This document shows, piece after piece, positions 40,863 through 57,038 of a stretch of 64,000 nucleotides of DNA. The stretch is taken from assembly GCA_964016885.1 (NCBI GenBank), contig OZ024741.1, positions 202,926,001 to 202,990,000 on the forward strand. Direction: 5' to 3'. Below the pieces are notes generated by a model. The model worked only from the letters and a program-made list of their open reading frames with translations, had not been told where the DNA came from and ran no database searches. The first letter of the stretch is position 1; the number at the start of each line of letters is the position of its first letter. This DNA is from Eledone cirrhosa (lineage: Eukaryota). Made by a program: the position numbers and the translations under genes.

Positions 40863-40975
40863 GGGAGAAATCTGCTGTATTCAGACCTGGAGAGGAGATG
40901 AGTTCCGCTAGGCTTAAAATGCCCTAGAAACACCGTAAGTCAATATGGCGCCCTACAACTCCATCAGAAATTACG
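40630..40975 (+). mobile_element. SINE family 1 with CT linker and tail
   Basis: Head, core and gaaatctgctgtattcagacctggagagg..gcttaaaatgccc..tatggcgccctacaactcc tail. Confidence 0.85.
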
Positions 40976-41149
40976 GGCCCATCCCATACCAATCAACCAG
41001 GAATTTGTACTAGGAAATATAAGCCCTATTCGTTTGACTAATTTATATTAAACAAACATGTGTATTGTCGCTATTAATTTACTCTAAGTTATCTTAATTT
41101 TCAAAAGTTCGAAACACATTCAACTCTTCTAAAAAATGATTGGTTTTTA

Positions 41150-41345
41150 ATTTAGGAACCAGATCAGCGATTTGGAGGGGGGTATAAGTCAGTTACATCG
41201 ACCATCAGTGTTTAGTTGGTACTTTATTTCATCGTCCCCGGAAGGATGAAAGGTGAATTTGATTGCGGTAAAGTTAGAACCAGAAACGTAAAGAGCCAGA
41301 GCAAATGCCACATAGCAATTCGTCCAATGCTCTACCGATTCTGTT
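41150..41345 (-). mobile_element. SINE family 1
   Basis: tggtactttatttcatcgtccccggaaggatgaaaggtgaa core in reverse orientation. Confidence 0.75.
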
Positions 41346-41643
41346 CTAGGAATTCAAAACAGAATACAATAAAAAGAAATTGGAGCATGGTCGTGTTTAA
41401 AATAAAGTTTAAAGGTAAAACAGTTTATACAGACATACGTGTTGTTATCCAACACCAGGTAAACTCAGGTGAACCCAGTGAAACCTACGTAAACCCGAGA
41501 GTATTTCAGGCAGTCATTTAGGGATAACTAAAACTGTTAGATATATTTTTTATTTATTTAAAACGATAAATAGTAATTTAAAGAAGATTTGACTTTATTG
41601 TTTACAGATCGAACAGCCGTGTAGACACTCTTGGTTGTTTCCG

Positions 41644-41693
<50 letters not shown>

Positions 41694-41756
41694 CGTCTAT
41701 AGACGGACGCCCACACCTATGCATGTGGAAGCGAGGGAAGCGAGAGTTGGAGTGCG

Positions 41757-41828
<72 letters not shown>

Positions 41829-42872
41829 GTGTGCGTGCGCGCGCGCGGTGGTCCGCATAACTGTGAAAATAGATATGGAGAAATATGATGTAGGTTGTTG
41901 AGTAAGAGATATTCACCTGCTTGTAATTAGTTTTAGAGAACAGGTGAGTGTTGGCTAGATTCTCACACACACCTGCCTCACAGGTGATCTAAACTAATCA
42001 AAGGATCCCGAAGGTGCACACAGAGGTTTGACAGCTGAGTTATGGAATGTTCTTGCTATGTGTTCGGATTATATGGTGAGCCGTTCCTTACTCTCTACAT
42101 AAACGTGCATCAAGTATTGCTCTGATCTGGGGTCTTCCCGAGCAGTGAAAACTATACTACATACACACACTGATGCACACGCACACAAATGCATACACAC
42201 ACACACACAAATGCATACGCACACCCACACACCCACCCACACACACACACATATGTATATATACATACACATATATTTATATATACACACACACACAAAT
42301 ATATATATATATATATATATATTATTGGCATAACTTGCTTCACCTATATAACGAAAAATAAATAGGAAATGAGAAACAAGAAAATTCTATACCTTTGGTT
42401 GGGTTATATACCTCACTCAGCTTTGCCCGGCGGTGGTGAAAATGGCGAAAGCATTGTCGTGGGGTACAACCATTGACGCACGATACCAGACCTGCCGATC
42501 TCTAAAAATCTAAACGGGGAGTACCATGAAAAAAATGTGCCCCAAAACGGGGAGAGTTGACAGATCAGCGATACATAAGCCATTCTTCTCCACGGGATTC
42601 CTTCTTCAGGCAAGATGCTGCCTTCTCGATTTAATCGAATAAGAAAAATGAACTTTATTGTTTTCCATCCCTACAATCAAAACAATTTAGTTTATTTTCC
42701 TCTTTCCCCTTTTTTCAGGTCCTTATCACACTTATCTTCATATAGACTTTTGTTATTGTTACACGTTTTGTTTTCAATAGATTGGCAGTATCGGTAGAGG
42801 GGCGGCGCCATGCATTGTAACATAGAGTTACGGCCCTTTACAGTCTGAGTTCAAATCCCGCCGAGCTTAACT

Positions 42873-42913
<41 letters not shown>

Positions 42914-42950
42914 AAGAAAGACCGTTTCATTCGTCCAACACTATTTATTT

Positions 42951-43024
42951 TGTTATACGTATTTCAAAGACGTATGGCAGATGTAGAGTAGAACAACTGC
43001 CCTACGTGTTCTCTTCAGACACAA
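42951..43024 (-). ncRNA. Hammerhead ribozyme with long stem II
   Basis: ugu-CUGAAGA-gaac ACGUA gGGCAG..CUGCC a UACGU cuuu-GAAA-UACGUA-UA-aca, with AAUAAA just downstream. Confidence 0.7.
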
Positions 43025-43275
43025 GTAAATATTTCGAAAAACGTTGCAACCGAAGGAAAACAGGAAGACGATTAGGTATGTCTTCCTGCTTGGTACGGGT
43101 ATGTTCTTTGTAGAAATATTCAGATGTTGTTTTTGCATGATGAATATAAGTCAATAGGGTGCTCAACCGAGGGAGCCAAATAGTAATAATAATAAATTTG
43201 AAGACTAAAATCGAAAGAGGGCTCGATAAGGATAAATATATATCAAATATATAAGAACCCTAGAGCAAATATTTA
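43024..43275 (-). mobile_element. Family-A PLE internal-deletion derivative (5'UTR plus ~22 codons fused to the pLTR)
   Basis: MQKQHLNISTKNIPVPSRKTYL (=53031-52966) is joined directly to pLTR sequence (=50104-50057). Confidence 0.85.
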
Positions 43276-43283
43276 TATATATT

Positions 43284-43322
<39 letters not shown>

Positions 43323-43832
43323 ATGTATATACATATATATATTTATGTGTATGTGAGTGTATGCATGTATGTGTCTATGAACACTGTTTACGTGTTTACG
43401 TCTCCGTTCATGTCCCGTAAGTTAGCGGTTCAGTAAGAAGAGATAACTAAAATCAGTACCTGGATCGATATGCTCGGCTAAATTGATTCAAGGTGCTGCC
43501 TAGCATAGCCACAGTCAAATGACTAAAACCACTGAAACAATAAAAATTAAGACAACGTACAAAAGACAATGTATCTGACAATGGAAATAATTTAACGACT
43601 TGTTTGTGAGATGTGTTGTAGTATTGCTGACAGCATGTAATTCTTCTAATCCGTAATGGTATTCCCACTCTGCACAGATAACTGTAATTATTTCTACGTT
43701 AGCAATTGGCTGTGAAATGCTGATGATATAAATGGTAAAATCTGATAAAACCATTTACTTACACACATACACACATATACGTTCATACATACACATATCT
43801 GTGTACATATGTGTGTGTGAATAAGTTTACAC

Positions 43833-43918
<86 letters not shown>

Positions 43919-45849
43919 GCATATATATATATATATACATATGCATATATATACATGTATATATATATGCATATATATATATGCATATATATATATATTT
44001 ATGCATATATATACATGTGTATATATATATACTTATATATGCATATGTATATATATATATATATATATACACGTGTAAACTTATTCCCATATATATATAT
44101 ATATATATATGTGTGTGTATATATACATAAATACACACACACACAGATATGCATATATTTGCATATATATATATGTGTATATACCTAATTATATATGTGT
44201 GTATATGTATATTTATATATATATATATATATATAGATAGATAGATAGAGATAGATAGAGATAGATAGAGAGAGAGAGTCGCAATGCAAACTTCTTGTAG
44301 CTCTCACAGATATACATATTTAATTCTACTTAGTCATCCTCATTCAATTAGTACATTTCGTTAACACATTTAACACATGCAACTATATACCTATAAACTT
44401 ACATATATTATACATACAACTAAACACCTATACACATAAACGTCTTACATATACATCTATACACACACCCAATATTTTGCACAATGCATACACGCATGAG
44501 TGTACACAACGCAAACCAGAAATGAAAAAAAAAAAGAAATTGCAACAATACAGTTTGCCTTATTTTCACCCATTTTAATAATTCACAATATTCCGGTGAT
44601 AAAAAAATAGTTTGTAATTACATCTGCAAAGCAATTCCTATTCTTTCATGCCGACTGTTCAACTAATTCTATACGACTATCTGGCAGGTAGAGCCATCAA
44701 AACCTCCTCCCCATTGATCAACGGTGCCGAACTAATGTCGTGAAAGAAAAAAAAGAAGAAAAACCTACCCTAACCCTCCTCATTGCTGCCTCTTATCAGA
44801 TAAAGATCATTCCACCCATTTTAAGCTTGTTGAAAAACTACATTTTTCTCTTCTCTTTTATTTCCTACTTACTAGAGCAGGTTTCTTTGCCTGAGCAACT
44901 CACCGTTTTAAGCTTCCTATTTCACCAGCTGTCTCAACCAAAACGTCTGCTTAACTTACAAACTATGGCCGTTTTTTTTATCCATCAACGATTTTCTTTG
45001 TTTTCTCTTTACCTTTCTATATTTTTTTCTTATTTTCTTTTACTACACTTGAATTCTTTTTACACAACTCTTTTAAGAACTGGCTTTGAGCTCATTTTCT
45101 CTTCCATCATATTTCTATACAGAAGTAATTATTGTTTCTGCACCCACTAGCACATAGCCGACTGTAATCATATATTATCTGTCTGTATAACTTAGCTTTA
45201 TTTAAGTATATGCAACACTATATTGTTCCATATCTTTCTTCCGCCATGTTCAACCATATGTATGAATTCTGTTTTTGTTCCCTCTCCACTAATTTTCAGC
45301 ACAATTGATTTAGTTTCACTTCAGGTAATCATTCATTTTCGTTCATATAAAGTTTTATCAGATTTTAAGGCTTCACATATATTAGTGTTTTTATGGTAAG
45401 GAGATGACATTTAGATTTCTATGTATGATTCAGAAACCAAAATATGAAAGATGGCTCGACCACCTTGCATTCAAGACATGAGGTAACCCAAATGAATCTC
45501 ACATGCCCTGATTATTGAACAGAAGGTTAACACCGTACAGAGCTAGATTTACCATTTTGCTTAGGTGCGCTTAAGCATAGATCCCCGTTGTCCACAGGGG
45601 GGAGGGAGGAATTCTTCCTGCCAAAAAATGTTTTTACTTTAAATTACCTCTTTCAGGGCCCAAGTAAGGGGCCTCATAACTTAACTAGCACAGGGTCTCA
45701 TTTGTTCTAAATCCAACAATGACACTGTGATTCAATTGGAGCCTATCAGTAATTGAATGATCTGTCAGCATTGACTCAAAACACTGCAAATTCACCACCA
45801 CTCCTTCATTCAGTGTTATGTATCAACATATGAAGCTTATGAGGTGAAA

Positions 45850-47165
45850 GGGGCATGACATGAACATCTAAGCTAAATTATATCCAAAGTACCTCGACGT
45901 GATATCCTCTTGATCATTGGGGGCCCGAGTGCTGTTGTAGGAGCTGACAGCACTAGCAACATGAGAAAATGTGGCGTGGTGTGATGGACAACAAAGGCAG
46001 ATGTTGTGCAAACTTTTGCTTGAATAAACAACTGTGTCATTAGAAGTAACATCTTTCTTCACAAAACATCCAGGAGCTCACCTGGAGATCGTTCAATGAG
46101 ATCGACCATATTATCATCAATGGGATATGGCGACAGTTACGTATAGATGTTGGAGGTTATCACAGGGTCGATGTATTCAGGGACCGCTCTTTATCCAGGG
46201 AACATCACCGATAATTCAGTGACCATTACTTGATAACAGCTATCTCAGCATTGAGAAAACAAGGTTAGCAAAGAAAACAACTCGATATATCCAAAATGAA
46301 GTGTCCTAACACCAAACAGCATTTTCTCTAAGAAATCAAGAATCGTTTCAGTGCCTTTGTTGCTACGACTGAGGACGACACTCCTAATTTATCTTAGATG
46401 GGATATGTTTAATAAAACCTATGTTGGAGCAATATCTTTGGCTACAACATGATCATGACAACGACCATGGCGAAAGGTAGATGAAAGAATACAACTAAAA
46501 TCTACGATATTATATATGAAAGTAGTGAACCCTCGGGAGGAGGGCTAGCAGGTGTATAAGTCAATGTTAGATGCCACGCTACTGCAGCCACAGGAGAAGG
46601 GCTTGCAGGTGTATGCGTCGATGTTAGATACGATGTTACTGCGTCTCAGGTAGAAGGTTTAGCAGCTATATAAGTCGATGATAGATACTAAAGTTACTGC
46701 GTCCCGAGGAGAAGAATCAGCAGGTGTATTTATTCAGTGATAAAGCAATGAAAATAATCGTTAGGAAGGATAAGCGATCCTTTAATTAGGAGCTGGCATG
46801 TAAAGGTGAATGAACTGTAGCCAGAAAAAATGTGAGTACTGTTTATCACGAAACATTTTGTGGCAGCAACATCAGCCAATCAATCCCAGTTAATGTCATA
46901 AATAGTGCCGTTATTATAACTGAACGAAAACTAAGAAGAAGTGAATCCAAAGTTCTAAACCACTCTCAACCAAACGAATTGTCCAGCCTTCAAACAAGAA
47001 CATTCTCTTAATGTCGACACTAGTCCTCACACGGTCACTGAAATCAAAGAGACCGTCAGAACAATGAATAGTAGCAAATAACTTTGGGTTAACACCATCC
47101 ATGCAGAAATGATTAAAGCAAACCCCATCAAAGCAACGTCACTACTGCTTGATTTCTTAAGAACA
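45850..47165 (+). pseudogene. RTE-clade LINE remnant (APE endonuclease to RT N-terminus), interrupted
   Basis: KVPRRDILLIIG..ELTWRS..NEIDHIIING.W, then EIKETVRTMNSSK..NTIHAEMIKA. Confidence 0.75.
46530..46730. repeat. 57-bp minisatellite, about 3.5 units
   Basis: gcagg/gcagc at 46548, 46605, 46662 and 46720. Confidence 0.85.
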
Positions 47166-47807
47166 TTAAGAAAATTTCTTAAGAACATTAAGACACATGG
47201 GATGGCTTTCAACTTCCAGGGTCGGAAATTTATTCCAGAATGGAATTAGGGATGGGGGGAGGGGGGTGTCAGCTGGGAGAGGAATCCAAACTGAGAAAGA
47301 ATAGTGTACATTGTACATATATATCAAATGAAATACCACTATACCCAACTATATTGTACATTGTGTATATATCAAATGAAATACTGACATGCCCAACTAA
47401 TGAGTACATTGTGTATACGCCAAATGAAAGCACGGATTAAGAGTTCCCCACCACCACCACCACCATAAAAAAAAAAAATGCTGTTTCAGACTTAATCCCG
47501 TTTATGACTTGAATCTCTGCAAACCACTGGACTATACAATTATTGAGATTTGAAAAGCTTGCTGATGTTAATATGGCGTCGGAATGAAAAATCACTAAAT
47601 GATTATTCAAAGTGGGGGGGGAATTGAAGAAGCAAGGGATTACAAGTGGGGAGGGGGGAATGGTACTTGGGTCTCTGATAACTCCCTGCTTTAGAATCAT
47701 CTGAGACAGTAACTCCATTTTTCAAGTGACTTGGCTAAAGAACACATTGTCAAACTTCTTATACGGCACAGCTTCAATTTGTTGTTGTTGTTACTGCTTT
47801 ACATGTA

Positions 47808-48125
47808 GGCGGCGAATTGGCAGAGTCGTTAGAACGTCGGATAGAATGTTTTGCGGTATCCGTTCCAGCTCTCTGCTCTCTGAGTTCAAATCCGTTGAGG
47901 TCAACTTTGCCTTTCATCCTTTCTAGGTCGATAAAAAAGGTACTAGTCTAGTACTGGGGTCGATTTTTCCACTATATCTCTTTCTCATTTCCCCATTCTA
48001 TCTTTCTCTGGAAGAAATCTGCTGTGCACAGGCCTGGAGAGGGATGGGCTCCGCCAGGCTTAAAATGCCCAAGAAACGCTGTATGTCAATACGGCGCCTC
48101 TACGACTCTTTCGGGATTTACGGTA
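47808..48125 (+). mobile_element. SINE family 1 with tail
   Basis: ggcggcgaattggcagagtcgttagaacgtcgg..gagttcaaatcc..gaggtcaactttgcctttcatcc plus tail. Confidence 0.85.
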
Positions 48126-49295
48126 CCATACATACATACAATGTACATGGTACTGTTTATGTTGTACATTATACTGTTTATGTTGTTCTTGTACTGTTTA
48201 TGTTATGCATTATATTATTTATGTTGTACATTGTATTGTTTATGTTGTTATACATTGTACTGTTTATGTTGTTTGTACTGTTCAGTTTGTGTTTTTGGTA
48301 TTATTGTTGTAGATTGAGTATAAAATTGTTGTTGCTGTTGTGTAGGCAGTAGGTTTTGTTGGAGCTTAACCCTCTAGCATTTAAACCGGCCGTATCCGGT
48401 CAGAATTCTCTCACCTCTTTCTGTTCAAACTGGCCATTACTGGCCACTAATACTGATATTAAGGTATTGTTCTCAAAATAATTAATAACAAAATCTCATA
48501 GATTCGATATGATATGAGGTAAAGCCTTTACAGCGAAAATCTGATAGTAAATATTGAATAATGCAACTGCTAAAGTGTTAAGACAATGGTGGTTCTTCCA
48601 TTTTTCTAAGGTTTTGTTGTGATTTGTGAAAGCGGGTGGCTCAAGAGTTGATGTGTTTAACCTATGATTGTAAAGGCCTAATTTCCACACACACAACAGT
48701 GTGTTGTGTCCTTGAACAAGAATCTTTATTTCTCGTTGCTCCAAGCCACACAGTATCACCCTCAATCTTCCTGATAACTACGATAATGGTACAGACACTT
48801 GCACGTTTATTTAATAAACAGGCTGTTCTGTTGCTTTGAACAATAGGAACATCCATCGTCGAAACCGACGGAGGTCGTATACTTTTGTTTTATGCTATGA
48901 TTTTTAATGTATTCACAGGAGAGTTGAGTCTCCCTCTCTTTATGTCCCCCACCCGCCTCTATCTCACTCTTGGCTCGGTGTTGTTACATGTTACATGCTC
49001 CAAATTCATATTGTCTGTTGTTGCTGAGTCCTGACCTTTCAAAGTTTTCAGCAATGTCATATGTATTTGTATTTTTTATCGTTCAACTGGTGTTTCAGTC
49101 ATGACAAACAGTTTTGTATTGTTTAAATATTACATCTTCCTATTCAGAAAGAAGAGAGTAGTTTTTTGGTGTGGGTGGGGGTGGCTGATATTTGTGTTGA
49201 GGGATTACAGTGGGGGGGGGGGGGCTTCCTTTATCCATGTGACACTAATTTTTTTTTAATATATCACAATAAATAAATAATTTATTCTCTCGTTG

Positions 49296-49387
<92 letters not shown>

Positions 49388-49604
49388 CAGACCTGTCAAC
49401 TCTCTCCATCCGATGGGGAGATCTCCCATGCACTTTGGGGTGGGTGAGAGATGTCTTCTCTTGTTAAAATGGGTATATCTTTCATTATGTATAATCTCTT
49501 TATTTTGCCTCATTTCTCCCCGTTTTGGGGCACTTACAAAGATAACACATGGGAACAATATGATGATAGATATTGGTTTAACGTTTTACATAGTAGGAAA
49601 CAGC

Positions 49605-49640
49605 CTCAACGTTTCCGACGTTAGTCCTTCATTGGAAGAT
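49605..49640 (-). ncRNA. Degenerate minimal hammerhead related to the family-C motif
   Basis: ucuu-CCAAUGA-aGGAC uaac GUCG-GAAAC-GUUG; the core is mutated. Confidence 0.55.
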
Positions 49641-49736
49641 GGAATGGAAGAAGAAAAAAAAAAAAAAATTTCACTGGAAGAAAACACGTGTAGTTAGACA
49701 GCCAGTTTGTGTATGTATATATATATAAATATAAGT

Positions 49737-49791
<55 letters not shown>

Positions 49792-49845
49792 TAAGTAGGT
49801 ATATATATATATATAAATATAAGTAGGTATATATATTGTTATACT

Positions 49846-50021
49846 TGGGGAGGGTCATATATATTTATATTATTAAAATAACAGATTAAAGTTTAAGCAA
49901 AGAATCGGTACTTTCACACTTAACGGGATCTTCTGGGGAGGGTCATATATATTTATATTATTAAAATAACAGATTAAAGTTTAAGCAAAGAATCGGTACT
50001 TTCACACTTAACGGGATCTTC
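49846..50021 (-). repeat. Exact 88-bp tandem duplication of the family-A pLTR end
   Basis: tggggagggtcatat...aacgggatcttc at 49846-49933 and 49934-50021. Confidence 0.92.
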
Positions 50022-53000
50022 TGTAACTAAAAAAAAATCAATCTGTGAACGCAGAAGTAAATATTTCGAAAAACGTTGCAACCGAAGGAAAAAAGGAAGA
50101 CGATACTTTGGTTCGTGAAGACGTTCCCTGGCAATGAACGAAAAAAGGCGAAGATAATTACGTCGTTACGTGGACCGATGAGAACAAGTAAACGCAAAGA
50201 CCAAACCACGTTTATGGTATAAATGAAGTCGTAGACTAATATTCTATTTAGGAAACCGAATGATTCTCGGTATCAGAGTTAAGAAAAATGTAAATAAATT
50301 AGTAGAACAAAAACGACAGAGGTCTTTAAAATCAATAATAATTAAATATAAACATACACACATCTATATACGTACATACACGTGTATACGCGAAAACATC
50401 CGCTATGCATGCATATACATGCACGTACACATAAACACGCGCGACACAAGTATCCGCACACATACAAACATATACACCAAATACACATAAAAAATATATA
50501 TGTGTGTGTGTGTGTGTATACATATAATTATATAAACGTATATAAATATACACAGATAAATACGTAAGCGTACGCACACACATACCTACAGATAAATACA
50601 CATAAGTTCACCAAACGTACGTCGACCAAAACACAATGTACACATATACAAATCTTACATACGTACAAAACGCATTCACGCAAACACACACAAACAGAAA
50701 ATACACATATACAAATAACCGTATACACATATACCAGTATATAATATAATATATACACCTATAACAAATACAAGCATATATACGTACGAGAAAGTATACG
50801 TACCTTCACAAAACAAACGGGTAAGATATACTTACCTATACAAATAAGTAATGGTATAAACATAAATATACTTAGCTACCACATCAAGACGTAAATTATC
50901 CGCGTATTGTTCGTACTATCCGTTAAGGTATAATGTCGGGCTGTAATACAGGAAAGTTTTATGCAGATTTTTTCAGATTTTTTTGTTTAAGATGTGGTCA
51001 TTGGCGTAGAGTATTTCCAGGGCTTCAGCGGCACAAAGATCGCATGGTCTTTTATTTCCGCGATATAATCTATCTTAAGCTAGGATCTCCCATTGTAATC
51101 TATATTGGGTGTGGTTGTCTTTTAGACTCCAGATATAAGCTGAAAGTGACGTCATATTCCTTCTTAAAGGGTTAAGAAAAGAATGGGTGTGCATGTAAAG
51201 ACGCTGTCGAATCTATTGGCGGTTAACCCTATGTAGGCCCTACGGGACGTGGGTGTTTCGACCTTACATTTGAAGACGATGTTACTGGAGAGGCATTTCC
51301 CGGATAGAGGGCAGTCAACCCGATTCCTACAATTACAGTTAGTACTAGCTACATGGTTTCACGTGTTCCTACGGCTAGGTAATTTAGCTAAATTTGAAGC
51401 AGTGATGTTATGTGCAAGGTTAGGAGTCGTAGAATAAGGTATTTTAATGGTTTTTCTATTAACAATGTTATTATATTTATGTGCTGCGGGAAAATGCTTC
51501 TTAACCGAGAGAAACAGCTTAGCTAATGGTGTGGCCACCTCCATATTATATGGTGAGTCATACCATATAATGCATCGGGATCTATTTTCCCTTGGTCTAT
51601 GCTCATACTTAGTATATGCTACCTTATCGACAAATCCACTCCGAGCAAGAGCTTCACTGTAATATGTGGAATGGTCGGTGAAAATATGCTCGTTTGTAGA
51701 TAGACGGGAAAGCCTCAAAGAACGTTTCTTACCAGGTTCTTGGTTATGCTGGCAGGATGGTTAGAATGCTTACTTATGTAATTAAGCGTATCATTCGGCT
51801 TTCTATACGGGTAGTGCAAGCCATTCGACAAATTGAGAGAAACGTCGAGGTAATTAACGACCGAGAGGTTGTCCGCAACCTGTATGGAGAGGTTGAAGCC
51901 TTTAAAGAAGGCTGTGAGTTCTTATGTGAATCTGTCGCAAGCGCGTGGACGGCACTTTGTCATGGTCAAAAGATCGTCATCGCGGTACAAACCACCGCCC
52001 ACGTTGGGGAATTCTTCCTTGATAGAGAAAAGAATGAAAAGGCCGATAAGATCTGTAACCTCCGATGAATTGCTGGCGCCCATACTCACGTCGAATGGGG
52101 TACTATTAGATTTTTTTATCCAAATAGAGTCGTGGAAATTAATCACCGATTTACGGGCATTGAGGATGACATCAACTTCGAAATCCTTAACCACCGTGAG
52201 CGTTTTAGCGAAATTGATAGCTCTAAGAAGAAGTGGTAAAGTGATGGACGAGTAGTAGTTATTGATGACGAATCGGATAAAACGGCAATGTTCCCTGTTG
52301 CATATGCCATTGAACCAATCAATCACTGCGAAAGAATTATTCCACAGTGCAAGAGGGGCCAAGTTTCTAATTTCAGGTATAATTCTATCTAAAATACTTT
52401 TACTAAGTCTACCTAAACCAGACTTAGTAGGGTTAATTAGCTGGATAGAGGGGTTGTTGGTGAAATTGGGTTTTTGATCCTTCAGGGTAAAGTGTGTGTT
52501 TGTAGGGGGGGATAGGGTCCAGACGTTCAGTCAGGTCCTGGATGTTGAGTTCAGAAGTGATTTAAAACCCACCATCGTTGATGTCATTAATGACACTCTG
52601 ATTGGTTTCCCGGTAATCCTTAGTTACAGCATTATGTAGCAGATGATGGTAAGTACTGCGCTCCACTTGATATAGATTGCCAGTTTTGTCGGAGTGGACA
52701 TGCACGGCATTAGAATCCTTAATAGAACGAATTCTATTCTTCAGGTCCTGCTGGAAGGAATTGCTCCTATTCCGAAATTTGATACTCCGTATGAGTTCCA
52801 AGACATCGTTTTCGAAGGGTAGCAATGCTGGGTTTCTCAGAGGGTTATTATAAGTTTTAAACCCAAATTTATCCTGTTTATTGTCCGCTTTTTCCTGGTT
52901 ATCGAAATAAAAGGCACGCCAACGCAAACTTTTAAGGAAGAATCCGTTTTCTGTATCAGAAGTTTTAGGTATGTCTTCCTGCTATGTACGGGTATGTTCT

Positions 53001-53175
53001 TTGTAGAAATATTCAGGTGTTGTTTCTACATGATAAATATAAATCAATAGAGTGCTCAACCGAGGGAGCCAAATAGTAATAATAATAAATGTGAAGACTA
53101 AAATCCAAAGAGGACTCCATAAGGATAAATATATATCAAATATATAAGAACCCTAGAACATATATTTATTAAAAT
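49861..53175 (-). mobile_element. Near-full-length Penelope-like element (family A), degraded RT plus GIY-YIG
   Basis: ATG at 53031; RWRAFYF..FGFKT..SDKTGNLY; LINPTKS; FDVSMGA..GLYRDDD; IIWYDSPY; CNCRNRVDCPL GIY-YIG ending ~50925; long TG-rich 3'UTR and pLTR. Confidence 0.95.
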
Positions 53176-53176
53176 A

Positions 53177-55999
<2,823 letters not shown>

Positions 56000-56054
56000 A
56001 TGCATATATATACATATATATACATATAGATACATATCCATATATATACGTATA

Positions 56055-56228
56055 TAGTAATAATAATAAATTTGAAGACTAAAATCCAAAGAAAAGGATG
56101 AATATATATAAAATATATAAGAACCGTAGAGCAAATATTTATTAAAATAACAGACTAAAGTTTAAGTAAAGAATGGCTGCTTTCAACCTTAACGGATCTT
56201 CTGAAACTTTAATCTGTTATTTTAATAT
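56055..56228 (-). mobile_element. Family-A pLTR/5'UTR fragment, inverted relative to 55703-55857
   Basis: Reverse complement of the pLTR across a CT/TA microsatellite. Confidence 0.85.
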
Positions 56229-56236
56229 ATATATAT

Positions 56237-56375
<139 letters not shown>

Positions 56376-56569
56376 GAAATACTGTTGGCTTCATGCTCAC
56401 AATAATTTCTATACTTTCAGAATGATTTTAAGCATTGTCTCTGTGTGTTGGTATTTAAACGTTAGTTATAGGTCTGGTTTATCCAAACTATTGAGCCCTT
56501 TGCCACGCATTTCTAAGATTGTGTTTCGTTATTTCGTGGGCCAAGATTCCGATTCTCAATAATTTATTT

Positions 56570-56622
<53 letters not shown>

Positions 56623-57038
56623 ATCCACACGCACACATACTGTTTCTCAGAATATTACTGTTGATGCAAGTGTGTTCACGCGTAAAGACACACACACACG
56701 CATGTGGGGTGGGGAGGGTGTAAAGGAGAGAAGTGAAATAAATAGAGAAAGAAAGGAATGGGTCATTAAAATAAATATGCCTGAGTGGAATTCTAATAAT
56801 TATAATCAAATATCTTTATTGTAAATTTGGAAGGAACAGAGGATTGAATCACTTGAAGAAGGACCATCTACTTGATCGGTCAACTTGCTAGAAATGGCTG
56901 CCAAATTTCCATGAAACCATACTCTACCATTTAAAATAAAGGGATGGTACACTCTCCGAAAAACGCTTTGATCACAAGTATGTCTAACAATATTTGGCTT
57001 GGGGCTAAACTGCAACACCATCCAAGGAACCTTTATTA

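Noticed and set aside
41610-41725. Possible HHR with (GT)n expanded in loop II (minus)
   Set aside because: The 3' half is plausible but the CUGANGA core is absent.
44740-45150. 136-aa hydrophobic ORF as a membrane protein
   Set aside because: T-rich antisense of an A-rich, probably LINE-derived tract; non-ATG start and no recognisable motif.
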